A stretch of DNA of 64,000 nucleotides from contig OZ024742.1 in NCBI GenBank assembly GCA_964016885.1, positions 76,322,001-76,386,000 of the forward strand, given 5' to 3'. Numbering within the stretch: position 1 is the first letter of the stretch; each line of letters begins with the position of its first letter. Source of the DNA: Eledone cirrhosa (lineage: Eukaryota). Shown one piece after another: positions 1-12,767 of the stretch. Below the pieces are notes generated by a model that saw only the letters and a list, made by a program, of their open reading frames with translations, was not told the origin of the DNA and did not search any database. The translations under genes were made by a program, and so were the position numbers.

Positions 1-599
1 TTGATATTGTAGATGAACTATAATTCCTCAAATGAAATATTCTTTCACAAGTCCCGGTCATTTAGTACACTCATGTTGTTTCTATGAAATTAACAAACAA
101 CTAAATAGATAAGTATAGTAATTGATAAATATAGTAATTGATTTCTATTTAATGGAGAGTAAATTAAGTTTAAGTTAATTAATCTTATAATCATATTAAT
201 AATTCTTCAGTTATCTATCTGAGACTGTTAGAAATTAAATTATACGCAAGTGCAAGATATATGTTGGCATTGCTGATTACACTAATTGGTGGTAACGTTA
301 ACATCAAATCCATTCATATGAATAGGATATTTACGTTATACAGTTTAGTTATAGACGGAATTTCATGACACCGAAACTTGTGGGAAGGCATGGTATAGGT
401 TTATCGAAACTGCGAAACTGGAGATCGGGCCAGAATAGAGTTGGCTCCGTTAAAGACATCCACTGTTATGGTGCAGGGGGCAAGGCGTAACAGCTTAAAT
501 CTACCATCGAAGATAAATATGAACATTTATTTTTCAGCTGCATTAATGTGAACTAATATATATATGTATAATCAGGAAACGAAAATCATTTGAAATTGA

Positions 600-2520
600 C
601 AACTTCAAAGGTTGTAATCTGTATAATATGGAAGAGGAGGAAAGTCAAAATGGAACAAGGAAAAGTGTATAGAAGAGTTAAGAAACTAGCTGAATCGATC
701 TTCTACACAGACGATAAAATTATTAGTACACTAAGTACTAAGAATGTGCTAGGAGACAAACGCAAGATGAGATACTTCATAGAAGTTAAAACGAAGAAGG
801 CATTGATGAGTACATAGAGGCATCTGAAGTACAAATACACATTTAAAGCTGATTTATGAGGATCTTAAGGAGCCTGTTTGCCAGCTTACCTAATTTGAGA
901 GAAGAAAAAAAGGAGAAGGTTAAGACGGTAGGGCCGAAAGAAATATATCGACGATGCATATGAAATGTTAATGGGCTCTACCGAGAGAGAAGAAATGATG
1001 ACCTGGCATCCAAAAAAGTGCTTGCATCACGTTTGTTCAATGTGAATAGTGTCACTTTCCGAGATATCCATATGCAACCAATGTTGGAACATTTGATGTG
1101 AGCGATTCACGGGACTCACTATAAAAGCTAATGTCAAAGGATGTGCCATGCCAGGATGGAGTGATATACAAAGTTTTTCAGAAAGTGTCCCACTCTTATC
1201 AATAAATTGAAGAAGAGCCTGGAAAAAGATGATGATTATGGATTGCTGGTCAAGAGCGGATAGTATATACCTTCCTTTATAGCAGAATTCAACACTTGAG
1301 GATTTTAGGACAATTCCCCAAATGAATGTAGATTTAAACATATTTATTGAGATTATTGTCAGAGAAGTGATGATATTTTTATTTTATAATAGATACATTG
1401 TTAGTACGGTGCAGAAAGCTGGCAGCCAATATTTACCGAGCTGCATAGAATATCAGAAGAACTAAATTGGGAAAATGTAATCAGGGAATTGTGTGGTTTG
1501 GTTTACAAATGCTTTAGAATCAGTTCCACACAAACTGTTTGAGCTTGGAATGGGGCTTTTCTGAATCAACTTTGATGTAAGCCATCATTGATAATGAAAT
1601 ATTAACAAATCTATATGGGCTTTACCACAAAGACAATTGTATCATCCGTTCTTCCATGTGGGAATATGCCTGGAAGAAGGTGGATTACAACGCATGAAAC
1701 GGGGTACTTTGTGGCATAGTTAGGATATGAATGTATAGTAGAAACAGCACTGTCCAATAGTAAAGGGATTGTTAGATCCTTTTGCAGAGCATACTACGTC
1801 ATAAATAAGGAGGAGAAAATGGTCAGGGTATTCAACTTAGTAATGAAGGCGGAAGTGAGAAGTAGCGATGCAATATAGTCAACAGCCACTGTATGAAGCA
1901 TGACAGATACAATTGACTTGGAAAACAAATGTCCCTACCATTTTACCAGCAAGAGACACAACATTGTTTTGTGGTGCTAGGAAAGGAAGATGGTTAAGAT
2001 GGGGCGCTGACTATCTCGTAGGAGGTAAATATCGATGCATTCAACATGACAACTAGTAATTACAGTGAGTTGTGTAAATTCAGTGAAACCATAGATAGGT
2101 GTAAAAGGATATGTCGGAACCAGGGAGGACTCAATGCTCGCGGGCTTTGGATTGGCAAAAAAAGAAAGGAATGACACTTTGACGGCATTATCAGAGACAT
2201 CCGAGAAAGAGAGCCACTACTACTTTCTTAAACGAGAGGATCAATGGTGAGATAGACATGTTGAACTATATTGAAACGACCACTCAGAAACATGTTATCA
2301 GACTCATGTAATTTCGTGCTGTTCTGACGCGTTGAGTTGGATGGAGTCACAACATCATCGTCAAAGAATAAAAGAGCCGAAACACCTACAGGCTTACCTG
2401 ACCACCAGATGAGGCATCGGCTCCTGCATTCGGAGACATATTTTAACAGTACAAGCGACGAACCTCTGCGTACATCTAGTATATTGTGGTAATACTCATG
2501 ACTGATATTTCAACATTGTT
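600..2520 (+). pseudogene. Heavily decayed RLE-type non-LTR retrotransposon (R2 superfamily, HERO-like) RT region
   Basis: Frameshifted RT motifs: CWSRADSIYLP..NSTLEDFRTIPQMNVDLNI (~1244-1341, cf. FRTISLLNVEGKIF), VQKAG..SCIEY (~1408-1453), VW..NA..SVPHKL (~1493-1537, cf. VWLDLANAFGSVPH), HILT near 2436. Boundaries approximate. Confidence 0.6.
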
Positions 2521-3072
2521 TCAATGTCTCACAGATAAAAGAATATAATGTGATAAATCAACCTCGCTAATAATACATAGGTTATTGACGAAATATATTT
2601 TATCCCATTTCATAGAGTTGCTTAGATATCGAGAAATACACACCTAATCTACATTTCAGCAAGGTATGCTCCACAGCGCAATAAAATTTGTTGCGCTTTT
2701 GGAATAGTATCTTTAACTATAATATAATAAAATTATAAAATATCAAGGAAATGAAAAGTAAAATATAATTGATAATTTAATAGTTCAATATGTCTGATTT
2801 ATTTTTGGCATTTATATATTTACTGGATATCAGAATGTTATGTATTTTATCAATATTTCACTTTAATCGCTTTCGTATCAGGACAGTTATTATTATAGAA
2901 GTACTATGAAGCAACATATTGTCACCATCAACATTCGCTGGGATACTTTTCAATTACGGAAAAGTAGATTATAAAATCAATAACATTAACCGTTCATTCT
3001 TACTTTGATATATTTCGACTACCGAATTTATTGTCTGTTATCATAAATATATTTTGATTATAAATATATATT

Positions 3073-3074
<2 letters not shown>

Positions 3075-3150
<76 letters not shown>

Positions 3151-3386
3151 TGTATGTATGTATGTATATATGTATATGTATGTATGTATGTATGTATATA
3201 TGTATATATATGTATGTATGTATATATGTATATATATGTATGTATATATATGTATATATATATGTATATATATGTATATATATGTATGTATATATGCACA
3301 TATACATACGTATATATATATATATACATGTATATATATGTATGTATATATGCACATATACATACGTATATATATATATACATGTG

Positions 3387-3421
<35 letters not shown>

Positions 3422-3432
3422 GTATATATATA
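3075..3432. repeat. (TA)n/(TATG)n compound microsatellite
   Basis: Seen directly; source of the spurious IY-rich ORFs. Confidence 0.98.
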
Positions 3433-3503
3433 TAAAGGACGTAAAATAAGAAAATATTTTTTTAAAAAAATTAAAAAAAAATGTTTTTCTTACTTAAATT
3501 TTC

Positions 3504-3585
3504 ACTCCAACTAATTAGTTTCTGCAATGGGATAAAGACAGTTACGTAATCCAACTGTCGAGAATTCATTGCGTCATCAGGAAGT
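3504..3585 (-). ncRNA. Type I hammerhead ribozyme (family A, copy 1)
   Basis: Reverse complement of the motif at 5172-5253. Confidence 0.8.
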
Positions 3586-4062
3586 CTATTCTCAGTTAAG
3601 TCTCCAGGCAATGCGCGGACACTGGCGGCTCATATAAAAATAATAATAATTCGGTAGATCGAACAGCTTGCGAGGACTGGATTCTATGTACCGAAATTCT
3701 CACTGCTTCAAGTCAAATGGCCGATTCTAAAGAATCAATCACGTGACACAGAGGCTAGTTAGAAGGAATGGGATGGTAAGATGACTGACGCCTACTAACA
3801 CCCCAAAAAAAAAATTTTTTTTAGAAGTGGTTTTGACAAGTTTGCTCGACAAATCAGTGATTTGGAGATAAATATAGATAATTTAATATATCAACTAACA
3901 TAAGCGCACAGATGCACGCCCATGCCAGCAAATACACAGGTTATGTCATAGTACCTAGGTGGTTCAATGCAGGAGAATGCAGAACAATAATATAAAGGAC
4001 GTAAAATAAGAAAATATTTTTTTTAAAAAATTTAAAAAAATTTTTTTCTTACTTAAATTTTC

Positions 4063-4144
4063 ACTCCAACTAATTAGTTTCTGCAATGGGATAAAGACAG
4101 TTACGTAATCCAACTGTCGAGAATTCATTGCGTCATCAGGAAGT
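4063..4144 (-). ncRNA. Type I hammerhead ribozyme (family A, copy 2)
   Basis: Same motif one unit downstream. Confidence 0.8.
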
Positions 4145-5171
4145 CTATTCTCAGTTAAGTCTCCAGGCAATGCGCGGACACTGGCGGCTCATATAAAAAT
4201 AATAATAATTCGGTAGATCGAACAGCTTGCGAGGACTGGATTCTATGTACCGAAATTCTCACTGCTTCAAGTCAAATGGCCGATTCTAAAGAATCAATCA
4301 CGTGACACAGAGGCTAGTTAGAAGGAATGGGATGGTAAGATGACTGACGCCTACTAACACCCCAAAAAAAAAAATTTTTTTTAGAAGTGGTTTTGACAAG
4401 TTTGCTCGACAAATCAGTGATTTGGAGATAAATATAGATAATTTAATATATCAACTAACATAAGCGCACAGATGCACGCCCATGCCAGCAAATACACAGG
4501 TTATGTCATAGTACCTAGGTGGTTCAATGCAGGAGAATGCAGAACAATAATATAAAGGACGTAAAATAAGAAAATATTTTTTTAAAAAAATTTAAAAAAA
4601 ATTTTTTTCTTACTTAAATTTTCACTCCAACTAATTAGTTTCTGCAATGGGATAAAGACTTTATCCCATTGCAGAAACTAATTAGTTGGAGTGAAAATTT
4701 AAGTAAGAAAAAAATTTTTTTTAAAAATTTTTTTAAAAAAATATTTTCTTATTTTACGTCCTTTATATTATTGTTCTGCATTCTCCTGCATTGAACCACC
4801 TAGGTACTATGACATAACCTGTGTATTTGCTGGCATGGGCGTGCATCTGTGCGCTTATGTTAGTTGATATATTAAATTATCTATATTTATCTCCAAATCA
4901 CTGATTTGTCGAGCAAACTTGTCAAAACCACTTCTAAAAAAAATTTTTTTTTGGGGTGTTAGTAGGCGTCAGTCATCTTACCATCCCATTCCTTCTAACT
5001 AGCCTCTGTGTCACGTGATTGATTCTTTAGAATCGGCCATTTGACTTGAAGCAGTGAGAATTTCGGTACATAGAATCCAGTCCTCGCAAGCTGATCGATC
5101 TACCGAATTATTATTATTTTTATATGAGCCGCCAGTGTCCGCGCATTGCCTGGAGACTTAACTGAGAATAG

Positions 5172-5253
5172 ACTTCCTGATGACGCAATGAATTCTCGAC
5201 AGTTGGATTACGTAACTGTCTTTATCCCATTGCAGAAACTAATTAGTTGGAGT
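5172..5253 (+). ncRNA. Type I hammerhead ribozyme (family A, inverted copy)
   Basis: ACTTC-CTGATGA-c-GCAATG[..GACAGTT..AACTGTC..]CATTGC-a-GAAA-CTAATTAG-T-T-GGAGT: stem I ACTTC/GGAGT, extended stem II, palindromic stem III, H17=U. Confidence 0.82.
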
Positions 5254-5440
5254 GAAAATTTAAGTAAGAAAAAAATTTTTTTTAAATTTTTTTAAAAAAA
5301 TATTTTCTTATTTTACGTCCTTTATATTATTGTTCTGCATTCTCCTGCATTGAACCACCTAGGTACTATGACATAACCTGTGTATTTGCTGGCATGGGCG
5401 TGCATCTGTGCGCTTATGTTAGTTGATATATTAAATTATC

Positions 5441-5507
5441 TATATGTATATATATATGTATATAAATGTTGTAGCGAGACGCTAACAGTATTCCATAACA
5501 TATAATG

Positions 5508-5539
<32 letters not shown>

Positions 5540-5830
5540 CATGTATATATATATATATATATGTGTGTGTATATATATACGTGTATATATATATGTGTGT
5601 GTATATATATATGTGTATATATATATATATGTGTGTGTATGTATATATATATATATATGTGTGTGTATACATATATATGTGTGTATATATACAAACGTGT
5701 ATATATATATATATATACATACATATATATTTACACACATACATATATATACACACATATATATACACACATATATATATACATATATATATATATTTAC
5801 ATATATAAATGTGTGTGTGTGTGTGTGTGT
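5441..5830. repeat. (TA)/(TG)/(CA) compound microsatellite
   Basis: Seen directly. Confidence 0.95.
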
Positions 5831-5859
5831 TTATATCTAGTTATTTATCTTTTACAGGT

Positions 5860-6510
5860 GGTGTCCATCAAAATAATAGGACAACGCAAATAGAAATTCG
5901 AGATTTCTTTCAATTTAACAGAGCAGTAAGAATTCACACCAGAGTATTCCAACCAATCCACCCTATATACTGTTTTCGACGGCTCTCAGACCTGCCCTCT
6001 ATAAACCTACAGCATCCCTCACTAGCTATACTAACGACACAGAGGTTGCACAGGCAATCAAAAACTCGGCCACTGCTGTCCCTTTACAACAAGATCTGGA
6101 TGCCATATACAATTGGGTTGAGGACAACAACATGCAGTTTAATGCTGGAACATTTCAAGCCCAACAATATCAACCTGCAATCACAAATACAATACAAAGC
6201 AGCTACACGGCTGACGGGAGAGATCCGCAGTGATATACATATAGAAAATACTGGATGGACTAGCACCAAACTTTCACATGGAGAGCTGGACCAACCCCCG
6301 AACAGGATGTCACTGTGTGATGCCAAAGAGCACGTCTTCCACTTATAGAATAAGGCGCAGATATTGCAATAGCCTGGCGTCCAAAGGCCGTCAACATTTG
6401 AAAAGATGCCAAGGAATTTGAGAGATCTGCATGGTGTGGACGTAGATGTTTTCTAGAATCATCTCGACACCTTGCTATCCTGGATCCCGAATGAGCCTAA
6501 AGCAGGGTAC
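5860..6510 (+). pseudogene. 3' fragment of a CR1/L2-group LINE (end of RT and C-terminus)
   Basis: QQDLDAIYNWVEDNNMQFNAGTFQ (~6087-6158) and LRDLHGVDVDVF..LDTLLSWIPNEP (~6418-6498), typical CR1-group ORF2 motifs. Confidence 0.7.
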
Positions 6511-6538
6511 GAAGGTAACCTAAGTATGTATATATGTA

Positions 6539-6576
<38 letters not shown>

Positions 6577-6762
6577 TGTATGTATATGTAAATAAGTATA
6601 TATATATAATATATATGTATGTATATATAGAGATACACAAAACGCCAGCACCAACAGTTTTGCAATAGTTGTCCACATGAATGGACCTATTATATTTATC
6701 TACATACATTTTTTCCGATTCCATCCCGCCCGTCGCCTTAATCGATTATATTTCTCATTCTT

Positions 6763-6798
6763 TCTTCTGATGAAAGACTAGCGTCCGAAACGTTAAGA
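6763..6798 (+). ncRNA. Minimal type I hammerhead ribozyme at a PLE-like 3' tail
   Basis: TCTT-CTGATGA-aa-GAC-tagc-GTC-c-GAAAC-GT-T-AAGA: stem I TCTT/AAGA, palindromic loopless stem III (AACGTT) as in dimer-type PLE HHRs. Confidence 0.72.
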
Positions 6799-6846
6799 CC
6801 CTCTTCCAGCTATATCAAGCGTTAACCTAATATATACTTTCCATAT

Positions 6847-6907
<61 letters not shown>

Positions 6908-6926
6908 GAGCAGGGAGGGGGGTATC

Positions 6927-7435
6927 TATTAAAATAACAGATTAAAGTTTAAGCAGAGAATCGCTGCTTTCACCCTTAAGGTGATATTCTGAAACTAAAA
7001 AAATCAATATGTGAACGCAGAAGTAAATATTTCTAAAAATGTTTCAATCGAAGGAAGACAGGAAGACAATACTTTGGTTCGTGAAAACGTTTCCTGGCAA
7101 AGAACGGAAAAAAACGAAGATAATACGTCATTATTTGGAAGGCTGAGAACAATTACACACAAACATATAACCAAGTTCATGGTATAAATGAAGTCGTAGA
7201 CTAATATTCTAATAGGTGGCTCGTGGAGACGTTCCTTGTCAATGAACGGTAAAAACGAAGATAATACGTCATTATGTGGGACGATGAGAACAATTACACA
7301 CAAAAACAAAACCACGTTTATGATATGACTGAAGTCGTAGATTAAATTTCTATTCAGGAAATAACTGAAGTCTTATACTAAAACTCTATTTAGGAAACCG
7401 AATGATTCTCGGCTTCAGAGTTAAGAATAATGTAA
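6927..7435 (-). mobile_element. pLTR/3'-end fragment of PLE family 1 with ~140-bp internal subrepeats and a decayed HHR (6946-6996)
   Basis: Matches 8101-8300, 11402-11735 (inverted) and 23578-24050. Subrepeat aaaaacgaagataatacgtcatt at ~7111 and ~7251. Confidence 0.8.
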
Positions 7436-8103
7436 ACTAGCAGTGGTACCCGGCGTTGCGCGGGATAAGGTATTTTGCAACGCGGCACAACAGACCTAAT
7501 CGTGGAAAAACTGCATGCCTGGACAATATGTAAAGAAAATAAACCGAATACTCTGATGGCTGGATAATCTTTAAGATTTTCGTCGATTAAGCAAGAAAAA
7601 TGCAGGTTTACAATTAATGCTGGACCTAGGGGATTAATAAAATGAATTTTTTTAATGTGCATAAAATGCTTTGAATTTTAAGGAAAATCGACTAGACGTA
7701 ACGCCTCAAAAAAGCCCTAAATTGCTGAAAAAATGAGGTTTTTCACCTAATGCGGCCCTAGGCCATAAATAGTTGGAATTTCTTTGCTCACGGTATGAAG
7801 AAGAGACTGACTAATACATAGTTACAATTTCAAGGCAATCAACCTGACGTAATGCCTCAAATAACCCTTAAAAGCTGAAACGCAGTTTACATCTAATGCG
7901 AGCCCTGGAGGATCAAAAAGATGAATTTGTCACGTGCATAACACTCCCTGAAACATTAGTAATACATATGTAAAGTTTGAAAAAATCGGTTGGTAACTTC
8001 TCGGGTTTCACCTAACACATATATATACACACATACACACATACATAATACTTACATACATACATACATCCTGGCTCAGTTTTATATATATACATATATA
8101 GAT
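7436..8103 (+). mobile_element. Non-autonomous Helitron-like (Lep1/HINE-type) element
   Basis: 5' ACTAGCAGTGGTACCCGGCGTTGCGCGGG hairpin, internal ~150-bp duplication (gacgtaacgcctcaaa/gacgtaatgcctcaaa), (CATA)n near the 3' end, ends ..TTTATATATATACATATATAGAT. Confidence 0.5.
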
Positions 8104-9210
8104 TAAAATAACAGATTAAAGTATAAGCAAGGAATCTTTGCTTTCACCCTTAACGGGATCTTCTGAATCTAAAATTATCAATATGTGAACACAGAAGTAA
8201 ATATTTCGAAAAACGTTGCAACCGAAGGAAAACAGGAAGACGGTACTTTGGTTCGTGAAGACGTTCCATGAACGGAAAATAGCGAACATAATACATCATC
8301 AATGTTCGTCAGAATGACGTAATGCAGACAGCCAGACATACAGACAGATATTATAAGAGCGCTACGGAGATAGATAACCGTCGCCTAACACCTGTTTAAC
8401 AACAGAAAATTGAAAAATAACAGCTGCAGTTAATATCTTTAGACCGCAAGGAATATATAAATGCAAGTTTGAAGTAAATCGGAGTAGTAATGTGGATTTC
8501 TATAGACTTTGCAAAAATGAGGACACACACACACACAGACAAATACATTTTTATATATATAGATAAATTACAGAGGTTATTGAAATCAATAATAATTAAA
8601 TATATACATGCACGCATCCATATACCTACATACACATGTATACGCGAAAACACCCGCCATGGGTATGCAAAAACAGGCAAATACACAAAAACACGCGCAC
8701 ACATACAAGAACCCACGCAACGCCTGTACACGAACAGATACGAACGTATACATCAAATACACATAAAACATATATAAAAATATATATATATATATGTGTG
8801 TGTGTGCGCACGTATACATATAATTATATAAACGTATATAAATATACACATAAATACGTATATAACGCGCGCGCACACACGCCTACATGTAAATACACAT
8901 ATGTTCGCTAAACGTACGTCAACCAAAACACAAAGTACTCATGTACACACGCCCTACATACGTGCAAACCTGCATACACACACACACGCAAAACTCAGGT
9001 ACACACATACCTATATACACATGTAACAGTATATATAATATAATATATACGCCTATAACAAATACAAGCAAATATACGTACGAGAAAATATACGTACTTT
9101 CACAAAACATACAGGTAATATACACTTACCTATACAAATGAATAATGTTATAGACATAAAATATACTTAGCTACTACATCAAGACGTAAATTAGCCGCGT
9201 ATAGTTCGTA

Positions 9211-11310
9211 CTATCCGTTAGGGTATAACGTGGTGCTGTAATACAGGAAACCTTTGTGCAATGTATGTTTACAAGCCGAAATTGCCTCATATTTTTTGTT
9301 TAAGATGTGGTCATTGGCATAGAGTATTTCCAGGGCTTCAGCCGCGCAGAGGTAACATGGATTTTTTTTACCGTTATACGATCTAGCCTTAACTAGGATC
9401 TCCCAGTGTAAACTATATTGGGTGTGGTTGTCTTTTAGTCTCCAGATATAAGCTGAAAGTGACGTCATATTCCTTCTTAAAGGGTTACGAAAAGAATGGG
9501 TATGCATGTAAAGACGCTGCTTGAATCTATTGGTGGTTAACCCTATGTAGGCCCTACGGGACGTGGGTGTTTCAACCTTACATTTGTAGACAATGCTACT
9601 AGAGAGGCGTTTCATGGATAGGGGGAAGTCAACCCGATTCCTCCAATTACACTTAGTACTAGCTACAGGGTTGCATGTGTTCCTACGGCTAGGTAATTTA
9701 GCTAAATTTGAAACAGTGACGTTATGTGCAAGGTTAGTAGTCGTAGAGAAATACATTTTAATAGTATTTCTATTAAAAAATTTATTATATTTATGTGCTA
9801 GGAAGAAATGCTTCATAATAAGGGAGAGAAGGATCTTAGCTAATGGTTTGGCAACCTCCATATTATATGGTGGGTTATACCATATAATGCGTCGGGATAT
9901 ATTTTTCTTAGGTCTATCCTCATACTTGGTATACATTATCGACAAATCCACTCCGAGTTAAAGCTTCATTGTAATATGTGGAATGCTCGGTGAAAATAAG
10001 CTCGTTTGTAGATAGACTGGGAAAGCTTCAAAGAAACGTTTCGTACCAGGTTGTTGGTTCTGCTGGCAGGATGGTTAGAATGCTTACTTATGTAATTAAG
10101 TGTATCATTCGGCTTTCTATATGGGTAGTGCAAGCCATTCGACAAATGAGCGTAACGTCGAGGTAATTAACGACCGAGAGGATGGCCTCAACCTCTATGT
10201 AGAGGTTGAAGCCTTTAAAGAAGGCTGTGAGTACTTTTCTGAAACATTCGGAAGCGGGTGGGCCGCACTTTGTCATGGTTAAAACACCGTCATCACGGTA
10301 CAAACACCGCCCACGTAGGGGAATTCTTCGTTGATAGAGAAAAGAAGGAAAAGGCCGATAAGATCAGTAACCTCCGCAGACTCGCTGGCGCCCATACTCA
10401 CGACAAATGGGGTACTATTAGATTTTTTAATCCAAATAGAGTCGTCGAAATTAACAGCGACTTACGAGCATTGAGGATGACATTAACTTCAAAATACTTA
10501 ACTACCGTGAGCGTTTTACCGAAATTGATAGCTCTATGAAGAAGTGGTAAAGTGATGGAGGAGTTGTAATTATTGATGTCGAATTGGATAAGATGGCAAC
10601 ATTCCTTGTTACATATGCCGGTGAACCAATCAATCACCGTGAAAGAATTGTTCCACAGTGCAAGAGGCGCCAAGCTTCTAATTTTAGGTATAATTCTATC
10701 TAAAATCCTTTTACTTAGTCTACCTAAATCGGACTTCGTAGGGTTAATAAGCCAAATAGAGGGCTTGTTCGGAAAATTGGTTTTGTGGTTCTTTAGGGTT
10801 AAGTGGGAAGAAAAGGGTCCAAGGCTTCAGTCCGGTCTATGATGTTGAGATCAGAGGCGATTGTAAACACAGCATCGTTGATGTTATTAATGACACTCCG
10901 ATTAGTTTTACGTTAATCCTTAGTTACAACATTATGTAGCAGTTGATGGTAAGTACTGCGCTCCACTTGATATAGATTGCCAGTTTTGTCGGAGTCGACG
11001 TGCACGTCATTGGAATCCTTAATAGAAGGAAATCTATTGTTCGGGTCCTGCTGGAAGGAATTGCTCATATTCCGAAATTTGATATTCCATATGAGTTCCA
11101 AGATATCATTTTCGAAGGGTTGCAATGCTGGGTTACTCGGCGGGTTATTGTAGGTTTGTTGTGCGCTTTTCCCTGATTATCGAAATAAAAGGCACGCCAA
11201 AGCAACCTTTTAATGAACGAGTCTGTTTTCTATATCATGAGTTTTAGGTATTTCTTCCTGCTTGGTACGGGAATGTTCTTTCTAGAAATATTCAGATGTT
11301 GTTTCTGCAT
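9211..11310 (-). pseudogene. PLE RT-GIY-YIG polyprotein, frameshifted (~700 codons)
   Basis: MQKQHLNISRKNIPVPSRKKYLKL..FIKRLLWRAFYF, DSDKTGNLY, LIQFDINNY, MGASESAEVTDLIG, LYRDDG, NYLDVTL, RRIIWYNPPY, IVYKC..AYIGLTTNRFKQRLYMH, CYLCAAE. Confidence 0.88.
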
Positions 11311-11665
11311 GATGAATATAAGTCAATAGAGTGCTCAACCAAGGAAGCCAAATAGTAATAATAATAAATTTGAAGATTAAAATCCAAAGCGGACTCGATA
11401 AGGATTCGTTTTTTCCGTTCATTGCCGGGGAACGTCCCCACGAACCACCTAATAGAATATTAGTCCACGACTTCATTTATACCATAAACGTAGTTTTGAC
11501 TTTGCGTGTAATTGTCCTCATCGCACCAAATAATGACGTATTATATTCGTTTTTCCGTTCTTTGCCAGGGAATGTCTCCACGAACCAAAGTATCGTCTTC
11601 CTGTCTTCCTTCGGTTGCAACGTTTTTCGAAATATTTACTTCTGGGTTTACAGATTGATTTTTTT

Positions 11666-11714
11666 GTTTCAGAAGATCCTGTTAAGGGAGAAAGCAGCGA
11701 TTCTTTGATTAAAC
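11666..11714 (+). ncRNA. HHR-like motif with CAGAAGA (U4A) core, PLE family 1
   Basis: GTTT-CAGAAGA-TCCT-gttaa-GGGA-GAAA-GCA..TGA-T-T-AAAC. Confidence 0.6.
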
Positions 11715-11824
11715 TTTAACCTGTTATTTTAATAAATATTTGCTCTACGGTTCTTATATATTAAATATATATTTATCATTATCGAGCCCTCTTTGGATAT
11801 TTGTCTTCAAATGTATTATTATGA

Positions 11825-11876
<52 letters not shown>

Positions 11877-12029
11877 TTCAAGAGTAACCAATCTTAAAGA
11901 GAGAGATGGAGATAGAAGAGGAGATAGGAGAGGAGAAGAGATATTTGTGAATTAGTTAGAAGCCAAAGCGTAAAGGCATGTGCTCAATATGCAATATGCA
12001 GTGGAAGGCAGTTAGGTGGCTGGGTTCAT

Positions 12030-12070
12030 ACGTTGCTGACGATAGCTAATAAGCTTGAAACTAGTACATC
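12030..12070 (+). ncRNA. Minimal type I HHR (family D, copy 1)
   Basis: acgtTG-CTGACGA-t-AGC-taataa-GCT-t-GAAA-CTAG-T-A-CAtc; stem I partly eroded. Confidence 0.7.
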
Positions 12071-12461
12071 ATTCCTTTGTAAGTGTTGAACAAACGAGCA
12101 ACGGTGGTTGCTAGACCCTACGGCTTAATACGGGATGTTTGGTCACAAACACACCGAGCATTATAATAAATGTTCGGTGAATCCATCCGTACATATATAT
12201 ATATATGTGTGCATGTATGTATATATATATACATACTACTGTACGTCTGTATACATATATGCATGTACGTATACATAATTATATTTAAGTAACAGCCGTA
12301 CTAAGAGTAAGAAATGAAATTTCGTTTCATTTTTTCCGTTTATCGTTTTCAGTGCACTCGGCCGATTAACCCACTCGATATGCAAATTGGGCTACTCAGC
12401 CGTTAATATGCATAAGGAAAGTATATACTTTCAGACGTTCAATCATCTGGCAGGAAGGTAT

Positions 12462-12504
12462 ACGTTGCTGACGATAGCTAATAAGGTTGAAACTAGTACA
12501 GCGT
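12462..12504 (+). ncRNA. Minimal type I HHR (family D, copy 2)
   Basis: ACGTTG-CTGACGA-tagctaataaggtt-GAAA-CTAG-T-A-CAGCGT; 6-bp stem I, palindromic stem III ACTAGT. Confidence 0.75.
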
Positions 12505-12706
12505 TCCTTTGTCAGTGTTGAACAAACGAGCAAAGATGGTTGCTAAACACTACTGCTTAATACGGGATGTTTGTTTACAAACACACCGAACATTATAATA
12601 AATGTTCGGTGAATTCATACGTTCATATATATATGTGTGCATGTATGTATATATATATATATATATACATACTACTGTACGTCTGTATACATATATGTAT
12701 GTACGT

Positions 12707-12767
<61 letters not shown>

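Larger units (their letters stand above)
3431..5445. mobile_element. Non-coding retrozyme-like element, family A: ~2.2 tandem 560-bp units followed by ~1.4 inverted units
   Basis: tataaaggac recurs at 3431, 3991 and 4551 (period 560). Fold-back at 4658 (gggataaag-a-ctttatccc). Right arm ends ~5445. One HHR per unit, microsatellites on both flanks, no ORF. Confidence 0.85.
8101..11826 (-). mobile_element. Near-full-length Penelope-like retroelement, family 1 (Naiad-like), with 5' inverted pLTR
   Basis: Minus-strand ORF 11310-9211, 3'UTR to 8101 with HHR at 8120-8170, and inverted pLTR 11402-11826 with HHR on the + strand. Confidence 0.85.
12029..12710 (+). mobile_element. Non-coding retrozyme-like tandem, family D (~432-bp unit, ~1.6 copies)
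   Basis: CTGACGA cores at 12036 and 12468 with the downstream sequence repeated. Same family at 16332-16910 and inverted at ~17346-17405. Confidence 0.78.

Noticed and set aside
3000-3514. Many 100-400-aa Ile/Tyr-rich ORFs (also at 5.4, 17.4, 27.3, 28.6, 31.1 and 35.6 kb)
   Set aside because: Stop-free translations of (TA)n/(TG)n microsatellites.
7110-7350. ~140-bp and ~560-bp direct repeats as a CRISPR-like array
   Set aside because: Eukaryotic context, no short repeat with unique spacers, no cas genes. They are pLTR subrepeats and tandem retro-copies.
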